Virus record (IMG/VR): IMGVR_UViG_3300032285_002723
Coordinates: 1-64,000 of that record
Length of the DNA stretch: 64,000 bases
Source: a virus
Reading direction: 5' to 3' (one strand)
Below the pieces are notes generated by a model. The model saw only the letters and a list, made by a program, of their open reading frames with translations. It was not told where the DNA came from and ran no database searches. Both the position numbers and the translations under genes were made by a program. Each line of letters opens with the position of its first letter. The stretch's first letter is position 1. Below, piece after piece: positions 1 to 9,354 of this stretch.

Positions 1-1
1 A

Positions 2-472
2 TTCTCTGGTGTAGTTACTGCAACTTCTTATAGTGGTTCTGGAACAAATCTAACTGGTATTGTAACTTCTATTGTTGCTGGTACTGGTGTTACTATTTCC
101 AATTCCACAGGGCAAGTTACAGTTAATGCAATACCATCATATTTCATCTCTACTTCTACTACACAGGCAAGCACACTTACAGTAGATTTTACTGGTCCTG
201 ATGTAATATTCTGGCAACCAAGTGCTAATGGAAATAGAACAGTTACACTAACTAATTTTACGGCAAATAGAGGAATTAGGATTTTTATTACTCCTCATAC
301 TGCTGCAAATACTTTTACATTTACTGGAGTAACTGCAAGTCAGTGTAGTAATGGTAGTAATGTTTATCAACTTGGAGGTGGTGGTGCTGCTCAAGCAAGT
401 ATGATGATTGAACTATTTTCAACTTCAACTGCTGTTGGTGGTGTTTGGATATTTGCATACGGTGGGGTTTGA
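2..472 (+). CDS. 3' end of a tail-fibre/virion structural protein (partial, runs in from window edge)
   Basis: Open frame FSGVVTATSYSGSGTNLTGIVTSIVAGTGVTISNSTGQVTV...GGVWIFAYGGV*; the GVVTATSYSGSG motif is typical of cyanomyovirus fibre proteins; not in ORF track. Confidence 0.75.
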   Translation, partial: FSGVVTATSYSGSGTNLTGIVTSIVAGTGVTISNSTGQVTVNAIPSYFISTSTTQASTLTVDFTGPDVIFWQPSANGNRTVTLTNFTANRGIRIFITPHTAANTFTFTGVTASQCSNGSNVYQLGGGGAAQASMMIELFSTSTAVGGVWIFAYGGV

Positions 473-525
473 TTAAAAATTATAACAAATAAATAAGATA
501 GGATCATTCTTCACACGAGGTCATT

Positions 526-705
526 ATGTCAGTAGCAATCGCATGGGCACTTGCCAATCAAGCACTTATCGCAACTGTTCTTTTTGCAGTTTCGGAAGCA
601 CTTGGAGCAAATCCAAAAATCAAAGCAAACGGTCTTCTTTCACTCATTCTTTTACAAGTCCAAGGACAACTAAAAGCAAAGGGTGGTAAAGATTTAACTC
701 CTTAA
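526..705 (+). CDS. small hydrophobic hypothetical protein (59 aa)
   Basis: MSVAIAWALANQALIATVLFAVSEALGANPKIKANGLLSLILLQVQGQLKAKGGKDLTP*; GAGG RBS and ATAAATA late-type box upstream. Confidence 0.7.
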   Translation: MSVAIAWALANQALIATVLFAVSEALGANPKIKANGLLSLILLQVQGQLKAKGGKDLTP

Positions 706-730
706 TCATTTATTGATTAATATTTGGGAA

Positions 731-764
731 GGGGGAGTTTGGTACTCCCCTATTTTTATAAATA
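731..764 (+). terminator. intrinsic terminator fused to late promoter TATAAATA
   Basis: GGGGAGT-TTGGT-ACTCCCC hairpin plus T-tract; TATAAATA at 757-764. Confidence 0.7.
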
Positions 765-795
765 AGTTTAGGAAAAAAATTAACGAGAAAAACAC

Positions 796-1824
796 ATGGC
801 ACTTTGGGGTATTTCAACAGCATCTGAAACTGCGGCAAATAATTACGCTATTCCAAAATTTCAAAAAGAAACGGACCGTAACACGAGCCCTTGGAATACT
901 TTTGCAGATGTTCGTGGTTGGATTCAAAGAAGATACAAAACTAAAGAGAATTCAGGAATTTCTACTCGTTATTTTGATGAAATTTTAGTTCCAGTTGTTG
1001 GATTGAATAGTACTAGTGCAGTAGGTGGAACTACTGGCATTGGAACTGCTGGACCAGTTGCAGTGTTCTTTGAAGATCCAAACCAAGCATCACCGATTTC
1101 TGTTGGTGGTGGTGGAACTACTGGTATTGCTACAAATACTACTGGATACGTTCATGTGGTATTCAATGAACTTGTTTTTGCTGGTGCTGGTGCAACAGTT
1201 AGAATTCGTACTTTTGATGCAAATAACGCTAACGAATCAACTCCAATTATTGGATATTCAACAGCCAATACTGGTACTCAATATGCTTGGTCAGGACCTG
1301 CTGCTGCTCATGGATCACCAGGAGTATATACAAGTTTCAGTGGTCAGATCACAAATAGAGTAGCATTTGCATTCACTTCACCAAGCACTGTTCTGACTGC
1401 ACAAGTTGCAATCTCAACAACATTAACCACAACAGGACAAACTGTTGCGGTTGGTGCAACTAACATCTTTGTTGATTCGGTAACGGGTGTTTCTATTGGA
1501 AGTTCTCTTACCGTAGCAGGTAAGCTTACTAATGTTCCTATTGTTGCTGTTGGAACTACTTCTGTTCAGATTGGAACTGCAAGTACAATTGCAAGTACAA
1601 TTACCCAAGGACTTCTTGTTACATACAGCACAAGAACTAATGCCACAAAAATGTTTATTGATATTCCAAATGGATTTGTTGGTGTAATTACAGATGGATC
1701 AAATGGTGTTGGTGTAATTAGTTCGTTTATAACACAATTTGGAGATGTTATTCTTCGCAACGTTGGTGGTGCTGGAACCACTGGTTCAGTTGGACTTGGA
1801 ACCACTGCATTAACAGTTAGATAA
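796..1824 (+). CDS. virion structural protein (G/T/S-rich)
   Basis: 342 aa, MALWG N-terminus, beta-rich G/T/V composition, late promoter directly upstream. Confidence 0.65.
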   Translation: MALWGISTASETAANNYAIPKFQKETDRNTSPWNTFADVRGWIQRRYKTKENSGISTRYFDEILVPVVGLNSTSAVGGTTGIGTAGPVAVFFEDPNQASPISVGGGGTTGIATNTTGYVHVVFNELVFAGAGATVRIRTFDANNANESTPIIGYSTANTGTQYAWSGPAAAHGSPGVYTSFSGQITNRVAFAFTSPSTVLTAQVAISTTLTTTGQTVAVGATNIFVDSVTGVSIGSSLTVAGKLTNVPIVAVGTTSVQIGTASTIASTITQGLLVTYSTRTNATKMFIDIPNGFVGVITDGSNGVGVISSFITQFGDVILRNVGGAGTTGSVGLGTTALTVR

Positions 1825-1832
1825 AATAAAAT

Positions 1833-2204
1833 ATGAAATTTGATGAATTGAATGATGAAAACTACATAATGTTTGCAATTAAACATTACGAAAATCCTCA
1901 AGCCGTAACGCAAGAGGATTTTTTTGAAGATATGAAAAGGTTTAAATGGATTAAACGATTGTTAAATAAGTATAAAAATACTGGTGATTTGAATATTCAT
2001 TTGACTATTAATCATTTTATTGTATTGTATAATATTTTTGGAGAAGCAACTACACCTTTGCTGTTTTTTAAAATTGATAAAAATCTTTGGAGTGTATTGA
2101 AAACATTTATTGTTTATCTTGGTAGAATTCCTGAATATCCAAAAACATCATTAAATGATATACCTATTGATGAAAAATGTTTTAATATACTTAAATCACT
2201 TTAA
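1833..2204 (+). CDS. conserved T4-like phage hypothetical protein
   Basis: 123 aa MKFDELNDENYIMFAIKHYENP...; conserved gene upstream of primase in T4-like cyanophages. Confidence 0.75.
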   Translation: MKFDELNDENYIMFAIKHYENPQAVTQEDFFEDMKRFKWIKRLLNKYKNTGDLNIHLTINHFIVLYNIFGEATTPLLFFKIDKNLWSVLKTFIVYLGRIPEYPKTSLNDIPIDEKCFNILKSL

Positions 2205-2419
2205 TGAAAAACAAAAGTCTTCAAAAAATTATTGATATTATTCATTCTCTTCATGAAGAAGGTGAAAGTGGTCCTCCTACAAATTCCACAAATCCACCAG
2301 GTCAAATTAATATTGCGGGACTTCCACCAGATAATCCTCCAGTAAAAAGAAAGAATAAATACATATATGGAGCGGGATTCCGCAAAAATTGGTTACAACG
2401 AAGAAACCCACAACCATAA
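2204..2419 (+). CDS. hypothetical protein
   Basis: 71 aa, TAATG coupling to previous gene. Confidence 0.6.
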   Translation: MKNKSLQKIIDIIHSLHEEGESGPPTNSTNPPGQINIAGLPPDNPPVKRKNKYIYGAGFRKNWLQRRNPQP

Positions 2420-2427
2420 AAAATCCA

Positions 2428-2826
2428 ATGTACACTCCCCCTCAACCACAAACAATAGAAACAAAAGTAGCTATTCTTGAGGAGAAGATTCACACCACCG
2501 AGCAGTTGATGCAACGTATTGAGAGTGCAATTGAAAAAATGAGTGAAGTAAGTGCGAATGTGACTAAAATGTTGGCAGTTCATGAGCAAAAGATTGAAGG
2601 TAATGATAAGGTAGATGCTATTCTATTTGCAAAAATTGACCAGTTAAGCAACAAAATGGATACTGACCATAATGCAGTATTGGATAAATTACAAGGATTG
2701 GAAAAAAAAGTTTGGGTTGGTGTTGGAATTTTTGCAATACTAACTTTAGTCATCAATAATTCTGAAGTGTTCTCAAATATGTTGACAAACACTCAAGACC
2801 ACGGTAGAATGGAGAGACTGAAATAG
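2428..2826 (+). CDS. coiled-coil protein with a C-terminal transmembrane helix
   Basis: Heptad-rich region followed by KKVWVGVGIFAILTLVI; ATG 2428 preferred over the track start 2389. Confidence 0.65.
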   Translation: MYTPPQPQTIETKVAILEEKIHTTEQLMQRIESAIEKMSEVSANVTKMLAVHEQKIEGNDKVDAILFAKIDQLSNKMDTDHNAVLDKLQGLEKKVWVGVGIFAILTLVINNSEVFSNMLTNTQDHGRMERLK

Positions 2827-2838
2827 TATTCTTTTGTA

Positions 2839-3840
2839 ATGAGTTTTGTTGATTCCAAATATATTGGGTTGGTTTCTTCCCGATTGGATAAATTTGCCAA
2901 GAAAAAAGAAGGTCTTTATAACTTTAGATGTCCTTATTGTGGTGATAGTCAAAAGACAAAAAGTAAAACAAGAGGGTATATTTACCAATTAAAGAACGAT
3001 CACAATTTTAAATGTCATAATTGTGGAACTTCTAGAACATTTACGAACTTTCTAAAAGATATGGATACTGTTCTTTACGACCAGTATGTAATGGAGAGAT
3101 ATAGAGAGGGAACTACCGGAAAAAGGTCTCAAACAAAGACCCCAGAGTTTAATTTTGAGAAACCAATTTTTTCAAAAAAAGCATTTGACCTCCCTACTAT
3201 CGCAGAACTAAATAAAGAACACTCCGCAAGAAAATACCTAGAGGATAGAAAAATACCCAACAACTATCTGCGTGAATTGTATTTCTGTGATAAGTTTAAA
3301 GAATGGACGAATACTCAAAAACATACCTTTGATAAAGTAGAAAAAGACGAACCAAGAATTATTATTCCTCTAATCAATAAAGGGGAAATATTTGGATTCC
3401 AAGGTCGCAGTTTAAATAAAAATTCAAAGGTAAAATACATTACAATTATTCTTGATGATAAACATCCAAAAATTTATAATTTGGATAAACCAGATTACGA
3501 TAAAACTGTTTATGTTGTTGAAGGACCATTTGATAGTATGTTTTTAGACAATTCAATTGCTATGGTTGGTGCAGACATTGACAAAATGTTTTTTATATCT
3601 AACTTTGGAACAGATTTTGTAATGGTATATGATAATGAAAAACGAAACAAACAGATTGTGGATAGAATGGAAAAAGCAATACAAATGCGATTTCCAATTG
3701 TCATTTGGCCAAATGACTTGAAAGAAAAGGATATTAATGATATGATCCTTTCAGGAATTGATGCCACAAAAATCATCAAGGAAAATACTTATATGGGACT
3801 AGAAGCAAAAGCAAAACTTATTGGATGGAAACGAGTATGA
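2839..3840 (+). CDS. gp61: DNA primase
   Basis: Zn finger RCPYCGD...FKCHNCG; TOPRIM motifs VVEGPFDS and YDNE; KDIND. Confidence 0.95.
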   Translation: MSFVDSKYIGLVSSRLDKFAKKKEGLYNFRCPYCGDSQKTKSKTRGYIYQLKNDHNFKCHNCGTSRTFTNFLKDMDTVLYDQYVMERYREGTTGKRSQTKTPEFNFEKPIFSKKAFDLPTIAELNKEHSARKYLEDRKIPNNYLRELYFCDKFKEWTNTQKHTFDKVEKDEPRIIIPLINKGEIFGFQGRSLNKNSKVKYITIILDDKHPKIYNLDKPDYDKTVYVVEGPFDSMFLDNSIAMVGADIDKMFFISNFGTDFVMVYDNEKRNKQIVDRMEKAIQMRFPIVIWPNDLKEKDINDMILSGIDATKIIKENTYMGLEAKAKLIGWKRV

Positions 3841-6134
3841 GCAACGGTACAAAGGTAATTAAAAGAAGTGGTGATAATGAACCTCTTGATCTAAATAAAC
3901 TCCACTTGATGGTTGAGGAGGCATGTAGGGACCTCTCTGGTGTTTCTGCCTCACAGGTTGAGATGCAATCTGGTATTCAATTTTATAATGGAATTACCAC
4001 AGCAGAAATTCAAGAGATTTTAATTCGTTCGGCATCTGATTTGATTGATTTGGATAATCCAAATTATCAATTTGTTGCAGCAAGACTACTTTTGTTTTCT
4101 GTAAGAAAATCTTTGTATGGAAGAGTTCAAGATCATCCTGCTTTTGTAGACCATATTAAGAATTGTGTTGATGTTGGAGTTTATGATCCAGAAATTTTGA
4201 TCAATTACACAAAAGAAGAACTTGATAAACTTGGTAGTTATATCAAGCATAGTAGAGATTATTTGTTTACTTATGCTGGTCTTCGCCAAGTAGTTGATAA
4301 GTACTTGGTTCAGGATCGCAGTAGTGGTCAAGTATATGAAACTCCCCAGTTCATGTATATGATGATTGCTGCTACTATTTTTGCTAGATATCCAAAAGAA
4401 ACACGTCTTTCATATGTGAAGAGGTATTATGACGCAATCTCAAAACACAGAATCAACATTCCTACCCCAATCATGGCAGGAGTTAGAACACCACTTCGTC
4501 AATTTGCAAGTTGTGTTCTTGTTGATGTTGATGACACCTTGGATAGCATCTTCAGTAGTGATATGGCTATTGGGAGGTATGTTGCTCAAAGGGCAGGTAT
4601 CGGCATCAACGCAGGTCGCATCCGTGGCATCAACGCTAAAATCAGAGGCGGAGAGGTACAGCACACAGGTGTGGTCCCCTTCCTTAAGAAGTTTGAGGCA
4701 ACTGTGCGATGCTGCACACAAAACGGCATCAGAGGTGGTTCTGCTACAGTCCACTTTCCTATCTGGCACCAAGAAATAAGTGATATTCTAGTCTTAAAAA
4801 ATAACAAAGGAACCGAAGACAATCGTGTTCGTAAGTTGGATTATTCTATCCAAATTAGCAAAATCTTCTATGAGCGATTTATTCAGAACGGAGAAATCAC
4901 ACTCTTCTCCCCACACGATGCTCCCGGTCTGTATGATGCTTTTGGAACCGACCAGTTTGACGAGTTATACGTTCAATACGAGAACAATTCGTCTATTCCG
5001 TCAAAAACTATTGGTGCTCAAGAACTCTTTTTGGACCTCCTGAAAGAACGTGCAGAAACTGGTCGTTTGTATATTATGAATATTGACCACTGTAACTCTC
5101 ACTCATCATTTACTGATAAGGTTGAGATGAGCAACCTGTGCCAAGAAATCACACTTCCTACAGTCCCACTTCAACATATTGATGACCCTAATGGAGAGAT
5201 TGCACTTTGTATTCTTTCTGCTATTAACGTCGGTAAAGTAAAAGATGATGAAGAGTTTGAAGACCTTTGCAATCTTTCTGTTCGTGGTTTAGAAGAACTG
5301 ATTGATTATCAAAACTATCCTGTAGTTGCTGCAGAGATTGGAACTAAAGCACGTAGGTCTTTGGGTGTTGGGTATATTGGTTTGGCACATTATCTTGCTA
5401 AACTTGGTTTTAATTATGATACTCAAGAAGCTTGGGATGCAGTTCATCAATTGTCTGAATCATTCCAATATTTCCTTCTCAAAGCATCAAATGAAGTTGC
5501 TAAAGAAAAGGGTGCTTGCGAATACTTCAATCGTACCAAGTATTCTCAAGGTATTCTTCCAATTGATACTTATAAGAAAGATGTAGATGAAGTGTCTTCT
5601 GCTCCTCTTCAACACGATTGGGAAGCATTGAGACAATCAATCAAAGAGTTTGGATTGAGACACTCTACTCTTACGGCACAGATGCCATCTGAATCAAGTT
5701 CTGTAGTTTCAAATGCAACAAATGGAATTGAACCTCCTCGTGGATTCTTATCAATTAAAAAATCAAAGAAAGGACCTCTTAAGCAAATTGTTCCACAGTA
5801 TCAACATCTCAAAAACAATTATACGTTGCTTTGGGATATGCCTAGCAATCGTGGTTATATTAATATTGTTGCAGTTATGCAGAAATTCTTTGACCAAGCG
5901 ATTTCTGGAAACTGGTCGTATAATCCAGAGAATTATGCCAATAATGAAGTTCCTGTTAGCGTAATGGCACAAGATCTTCTTACAACTTATAAACTTGGAT
6001 GGAAGACTTCTTATTATCAAAATACATACGATAATAAGACTGATGAAGTTAAAGAAGATAAAACAAGCATTGATGATTTGGTTAAAGAACTTTTAGACGG
6101 AGGAGAAGAGGATTGTGAATCCTGTAAAATTTAA
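3837..6134 (+). CDS. nrdA: ribonucleotide reductase class Ia alpha subunit
   Basis: ATP cone, PTPIMAG, QFASCV, SNLCQEI, MPSESSS, C-terminal CESCKI; ATGA overlap with the primase stop. Confidence 0.97.
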   Translation: MSNGTKVIKRSGDNEPLDLNKLHLMVEEACRDLSGVSASQVEMQSGIQFYNGITTAEIQEILIRSASDLIDLDNPNYQFVAARLLLFSVRKSLYGRVQDHPAFVDHIKNCVDVGVYDPEILINYTKEELDKLGSYIKHSRDYLFTYAGLRQVVDKYLVQDRSSGQVYETPQFMYMMIAATIFARYPKETRLSYVKRYYDAISKHRINIPTPIMAGVRTPLRQFASCVLVDVDDTLDSIFSSDMAIGRYVAQRAGIGINAGRIRGINAKIRGGEVQHTGVVPFLKKFEATVRCCTQNGIRGGSATVHFPIWHQEISDILVLKNNKGTEDNRVRKLDYSIQISKIFYERFIQNGEITLFSPHDAPGLYDAFGTDQFDELYVQYENNSSIPSKTIGAQELFLDLLKERAETGRLYIMNIDHCNSHSSFTDKVEMSNLCQEITLPTVPLQHIDDPNGEIALCILSAINVGKVKDDEEFEDLCNLSVRGLEELIDYQNYPVVAAEIGTKARRSLGVGYIGLAHYLAKLGFNYDTQEAWDAVHQLSESFQYFLLKASNEVAKEKGACEYFNRTKYSQGILPIDTYKKDVDEVSSAPLQHDWEALRQSIKEFGLRHSTLTAQMPSESSSVVSNATNGIEPPRGFLSIKKSKKGPLKQIVPQYQHLKNNYTLLWDMPSNRGYINIVAVMQKFFDQAISGNWSYNPENYANNEVPVSVMAQDLLTTYKLGWKTSYYQNTYDNKTDEVKEDKTSIDDLVKELLDGGEEDCESCKI

Positions 6135-7299
6135 AGTTACTACAGAGAAAGAAAAAATGATTGAAGGAATGACCGTATTTAATACTCAAGAGGTAGATGC
6201 CAAAAAGCAACCTATGTTTTTTGGTGCTCCTCTTGGGGTTCAAAGATATGATACTTATAAGTATCCAGTTTTTGATAAACTGACTCAACAACAATTGGGA
6301 TATTTTTGGAGACCAGAAGAAATTTCTTTACAAAAAGATCGTGGGGATTATCAATCTCTTCGTCCCGAGCAAAAGCACATCTTTACTTCTAATTTGAAGT
6401 ATCAAATTCTTTTGGATTCAGTTCAGGGTCGTGGTCCCGGAATGGCTTTTGCTCCTTATTGCTCTCTTCCCGAATTGGAAGCGTGTATGAAAGTTTGGGA
6501 GTTTATGGAGATGATACATAGTCGTTCCTATACATATATTATTAAGAATGTTTACTCTGATCCTACAGAAGTTTTTGATTCCATTTTGAGTAATGAAAAA
6601 ATTCTTGAAAGGGCATCATCAGTAACTGGTGCTTATGATGATTTTATTAATTCCGCACAACATTATGGAAACTCAAATCTTTGGATTCACGCACAAGAAG
6701 GTGCTGGATCAGCAAAAGAAGAAAGGTATGAACTCAAAAGAAAACTTTATCGTGCAGTAGCAAATGTCAACATTCTTGAAGGTATTAGATTCTATGTCTC
6801 ATTCGCTTGCTCGTTTGCATTTGGTGAACTCAAGCTTATGGAAGGATCCGCTAAAATTATCTCTCTCATCGCAAGAGACGAAAATCAGCACCTTGTCATT
6901 ACTCAAAACATCCTCAATAAGTGGCGTGAAGGAGATGATCCAGAAATGCAACAAATTGCTAAAGAAGAAGAGGAATGGGTAAAAGGTGCTTTTGAGAATT
7001 GTGTAAATGAAGAAAAGAGGTGGGCAGAATATTTGTTTAAGGATGGTTCAATGATTGGATTGAACGACAAACTTCTTTGGAGTTATGTTGAGTGGATTGC
7101 GAATCGTCGTATGAAGTCTATTGGTATTAAACCACTTTATGATATTGCTGCGAAGAACAACCCACTTCCTTGGACTTCTCACTGGATTGAATCTAAAGGA
7201 TTGCAAGTAGCACCACAAGAAACAGAAGTTGAAAGTTATATGGTTGGTGGTATTAAACAAGATGTTGAAAAAGATACATTTGCTGGATTTCAACTATGA
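6115..7299 (+). CDS. nrdB: ribonucleotide reductase class Ia beta subunit
   Basis: FWRPEE, EMIHSRSY, LEGIRFYVSF, RDENQH, VAPQETE. Confidence 0.97.
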   Translation: MNPVKFKVTTEKEKMIEGMTVFNTQEVDAKKQPMFFGAPLGVQRYDTYKYPVFDKLTQQQLGYFWRPEEISLQKDRGDYQSLRPEQKHIFTSNLKYQILLDSVQGRGPGMAFAPYCSLPELEACMKVWEFMEMIHSRSYTYIIKNVYSDPTEVFDSILSNEKILERASSVTGAYDDFINSAQHYGNSNLWIHAQEGAGSAKEERYELKRKLYRAVANVNILEGIRFYVSFACSFAFGELKLMEGSAKIISLIARDENQHLVITQNILNKWREGDDPEMQQIAKEEEEWVKGAFENCVNEEKRWAEYLFKDGSMIGLNDKLLWSYVEWIANRRMKSIGIKPLYDIAAKNNPLPWTSHWIESKGLQVAPQETEVESYMVGGIKQDVEKDTFAGFQL

Positions 7300-7302
7300 T
7301 AT

Positions 7303-7335
7303 GAGGGGTTTTGACCCCTCTTTTTTTTATAAATA
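7303..7335 (+). terminator. intrinsic terminator fused to late promoter
   Basis: GAGGGGT-TTTG-ACCCCTC plus T8; TATAAATA at 7328-7335. Confidence 0.75.
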
Positions 7336-7358
7336 AAAAGAAGGTATTGCTTACTCAT

Positions 7359-9173
7359 ATGTCTGGAACTTTTAAGTTTAAAAGATTTTACAGTGAAGGT
7401 GTTGCAGCAGAACATCCAGATATTGCAGGGCAAAAAGAATTTGCAAATAAAGCAGATGCTGAAGTTGCTCGTAGAAGAGCAGCAAGAGCAAAGAAAGCAG
7501 GACCACAACTTCCTGGTTTTGTTGCGTCAGTAAAGAAAGAAGAAGTAGAAGTTAGTGAAGCAAAGGTTGATAATAGTCTATCAAGAAGTGAAAAGGAAAC
7601 AGCAAGAAATAAAAGAGCAGGAATAACAAATAATCCTTATATTGGAAATGAAAGAGGACAAAACAGATATAGAACAGATAGGCATATGTTTAACTGGGGA
7701 GAAAAAAAACAAAGAGGAAAAAAAGAAGATAATTGGACGAAAACCAAATTTATTAGAGATAAGACAGGTAAAGTTACAAAATATCAAGATTGGCACGTAA
7801 GCAATCAAAATGATAGAAGAGCAAGAATAGAAACCGAAGAGTTTGAACTTGGTGAAAAGATTGATGTAGGTGCTGATGTTAGTAAAACAATCAGTGATTT
7901 CGTTCATTCAAAGAATAAAACATTCAAGGGTGATAGTAAGAAGCAAAGAATTAATAGAGCACTTGGTGCTTATTATGGTGCTCAAAAAGAAGAAAAGAAA
8001 TTTGATGAGGGATATATGCCTCCTACTCAAAAAAGAGCAGATAAAATGATGAAGCAATCGTCAAAACTTCATCACACTGGTTCTGAAAGAGGTGATTTTG
8101 GTCATCCAGAAGCTGAGAAAAAGCATACGCAGGCATCTAATCTTGCTTTTATGTCTCGCAGAATGTCTGATAAAGCAAAAGAAAGAGACAACGAAGCAAG
8201 AAAAAAAGAGTTTAAAGAACAACTTGAACTTCAATTAAGAGCACAAAATGAAGAAAAGGAAATGAAAGGTAAAGATCCTTGCTGGAAAAATTATAAAATG
8301 GTTGGCACCAAGAAGAAAGGATCAAAAACAGTTCCAAATTGTGTTCAAGAAGAAATTGATTATAGTAGTGCTTATGATTATGTAATTGAAATTTTGATTG
8401 AATGTGAATTTGTAGAAGATGTTGATTCTGCTGAAAATATGTTTGATGCTTTAAGTGAAGGTTTTGTGTCTGTAATTCTTGAAGAGTATATTGAAGAGAA
8501 AGCAAGAGGAACTAGACCAAAGAAAACAGTTCACGCATATGATGTTGATGAGACCTTGTTCTCACACGGCAAGAAAGGTAAACCAAATGTAAAGGTTCAC
8601 GTAAAAGATTCATCTGGAAAGAGAGTTAAGAGTTTGAGTAATCAGGAATTTAATACTCATAAACTTGATAAGGGACATTCTTATGATTTTAGTGAGTTCC
8701 AAAGTGCTAAAAAGTTTAAGGAAACTTCAAGTCCAAATAAAAAGGTAATCAAAGATATTAAGAGAAAGCAGGCAAGAGGGCAAAACGTTCACGTTATTAC
8801 TGCTCGTTCCAAATTTGATAAACCAAAAGAGTTTCACGGTCATTTGAAAAAGCACGGTGTTGATGTTCCTATGAATAAAATCCACTATACTGGTGGAATG
8901 AAAGGTGGTGATATTGGAAAGAAAAAAGTAGATGTTGCAAATGCAGTTGCAAAGCAGAGCGGTGCTAAAAAAACTCATATGTATGATGATGCTGCAAAAG
9001 TTCATAAGGCATTTGAGGCAGAGAAAAAGAACAAACCAACTTCTAAAAAAATCAAAACTCATATGGTTGCACCAGACAAAAAGACTGGTGAGTCAAAGGT
9101 TCGTTCTTATCAGGCGACGAAAGAGCAGTTTGATATGACTCCATATGAATACTGGAAGCAATATATTGCTTGA
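7359..9173 (+). CDS. late multi-module K/E-rich protein with C-terminal HAD-family phosphatase domain (putative head-packaged polyprotein)
   Basis: HAD motifs YDVDETL / VITARS / MYDD; KDPCWKNYKMVG..KTVPNCV module; Glu-rich linkers; ATG 7359 follows the late promoter. Confidence 0.65.
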   Translation: MSGTFKFKRFYSEGVAAEHPDIAGQKEFANKADAEVARRRAARAKKAGPQLPGFVASVKKEEVEVSEAKVDNSLSRSEKETARNKRAGITNNPYIGNERGQNRYRTDRHMFNWGEKKQRGKKEDNWTKTKFIRDKTGKVTKYQDWHVSNQNDRRARIETEEFELGEKIDVGADVSKTISDFVHSKNKTFKGDSKKQRINRALGAYYGAQKEEKKFDEGYMPPTQKRADKMMKQSSKLHHTGSERGDFGHPEAEKKHTQASNLAFMSRRMSDKAKERDNEARKKEFKEQLELQLRAQNEEKEMKGKDPCWKNYKMVGTKKKGSKTVPNCVQEEIDYSSAYDYVIEILIECEFVEDVDSAENMFDALSEGFVSVILEEYIEEKARGTRPKKTVHAYDVDETLFSHGKKGKPNVKVHVKDSSGKRVKSLSNQEFNTHKLDKGHSYDFSEFQSAKKFKETSSPNKKVIKDIKRKQARGQNVHVITARSKFDKPKEFHGHLKKHGVDVPMNKIHYTGGMKGGDIGKKKVDVANAVAKQSGAKKTHMYDDAAKVHKAFEAEKKNKPTSKKIKTHMVAPDKKTGESKVRSYQATKEQFDMTPYEYWKQYIA

Positions 9174-9185
9174 TGGAGTAGGAAA

Positions 9186-9317
9186 ATGAATGAGGAGTTT
9201 CAAAAACCTCATAAAAAGAAAACTTTTTCTCAACAAGAGAAACTTTTGAAACTCCAAAATTTATTAAAACAATTAGAAAACAAGAAGAAATCTAGTTATA
9301 AAACAGATAATACCTAA
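9186..9317 (+). CDS. small basic hypothetical protein (43 aa)
   Basis: MNEEFQKPHKKKTFSQQEKLLKLQNLLKQLENKKKSSYKTDNT*; GGAG/AGGA upstream. Confidence 0.4.
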   Translation: MNEEFQKPHKKKTFSQQEKLLKLQNLLKQLENKKKSSYKTDNT

Positions 9318-9354
9318 ATATTATGAGAAATAAAAAAATTTCCACATTTTTAAA

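Noticed and set aside
3837-7299. Introns or inteins in nrdA/nrdB
   Set aside because: Both frames are continuous and of normal length.
9171-9317. Possible TGA read-through from the 7359 protein into the in-frame downstream ORF
   Set aside because: The downstream ORF has its own ATG and purine-rich RBS. TGA is a normal stop throughout the window, and no suppressor tRNA is seen.
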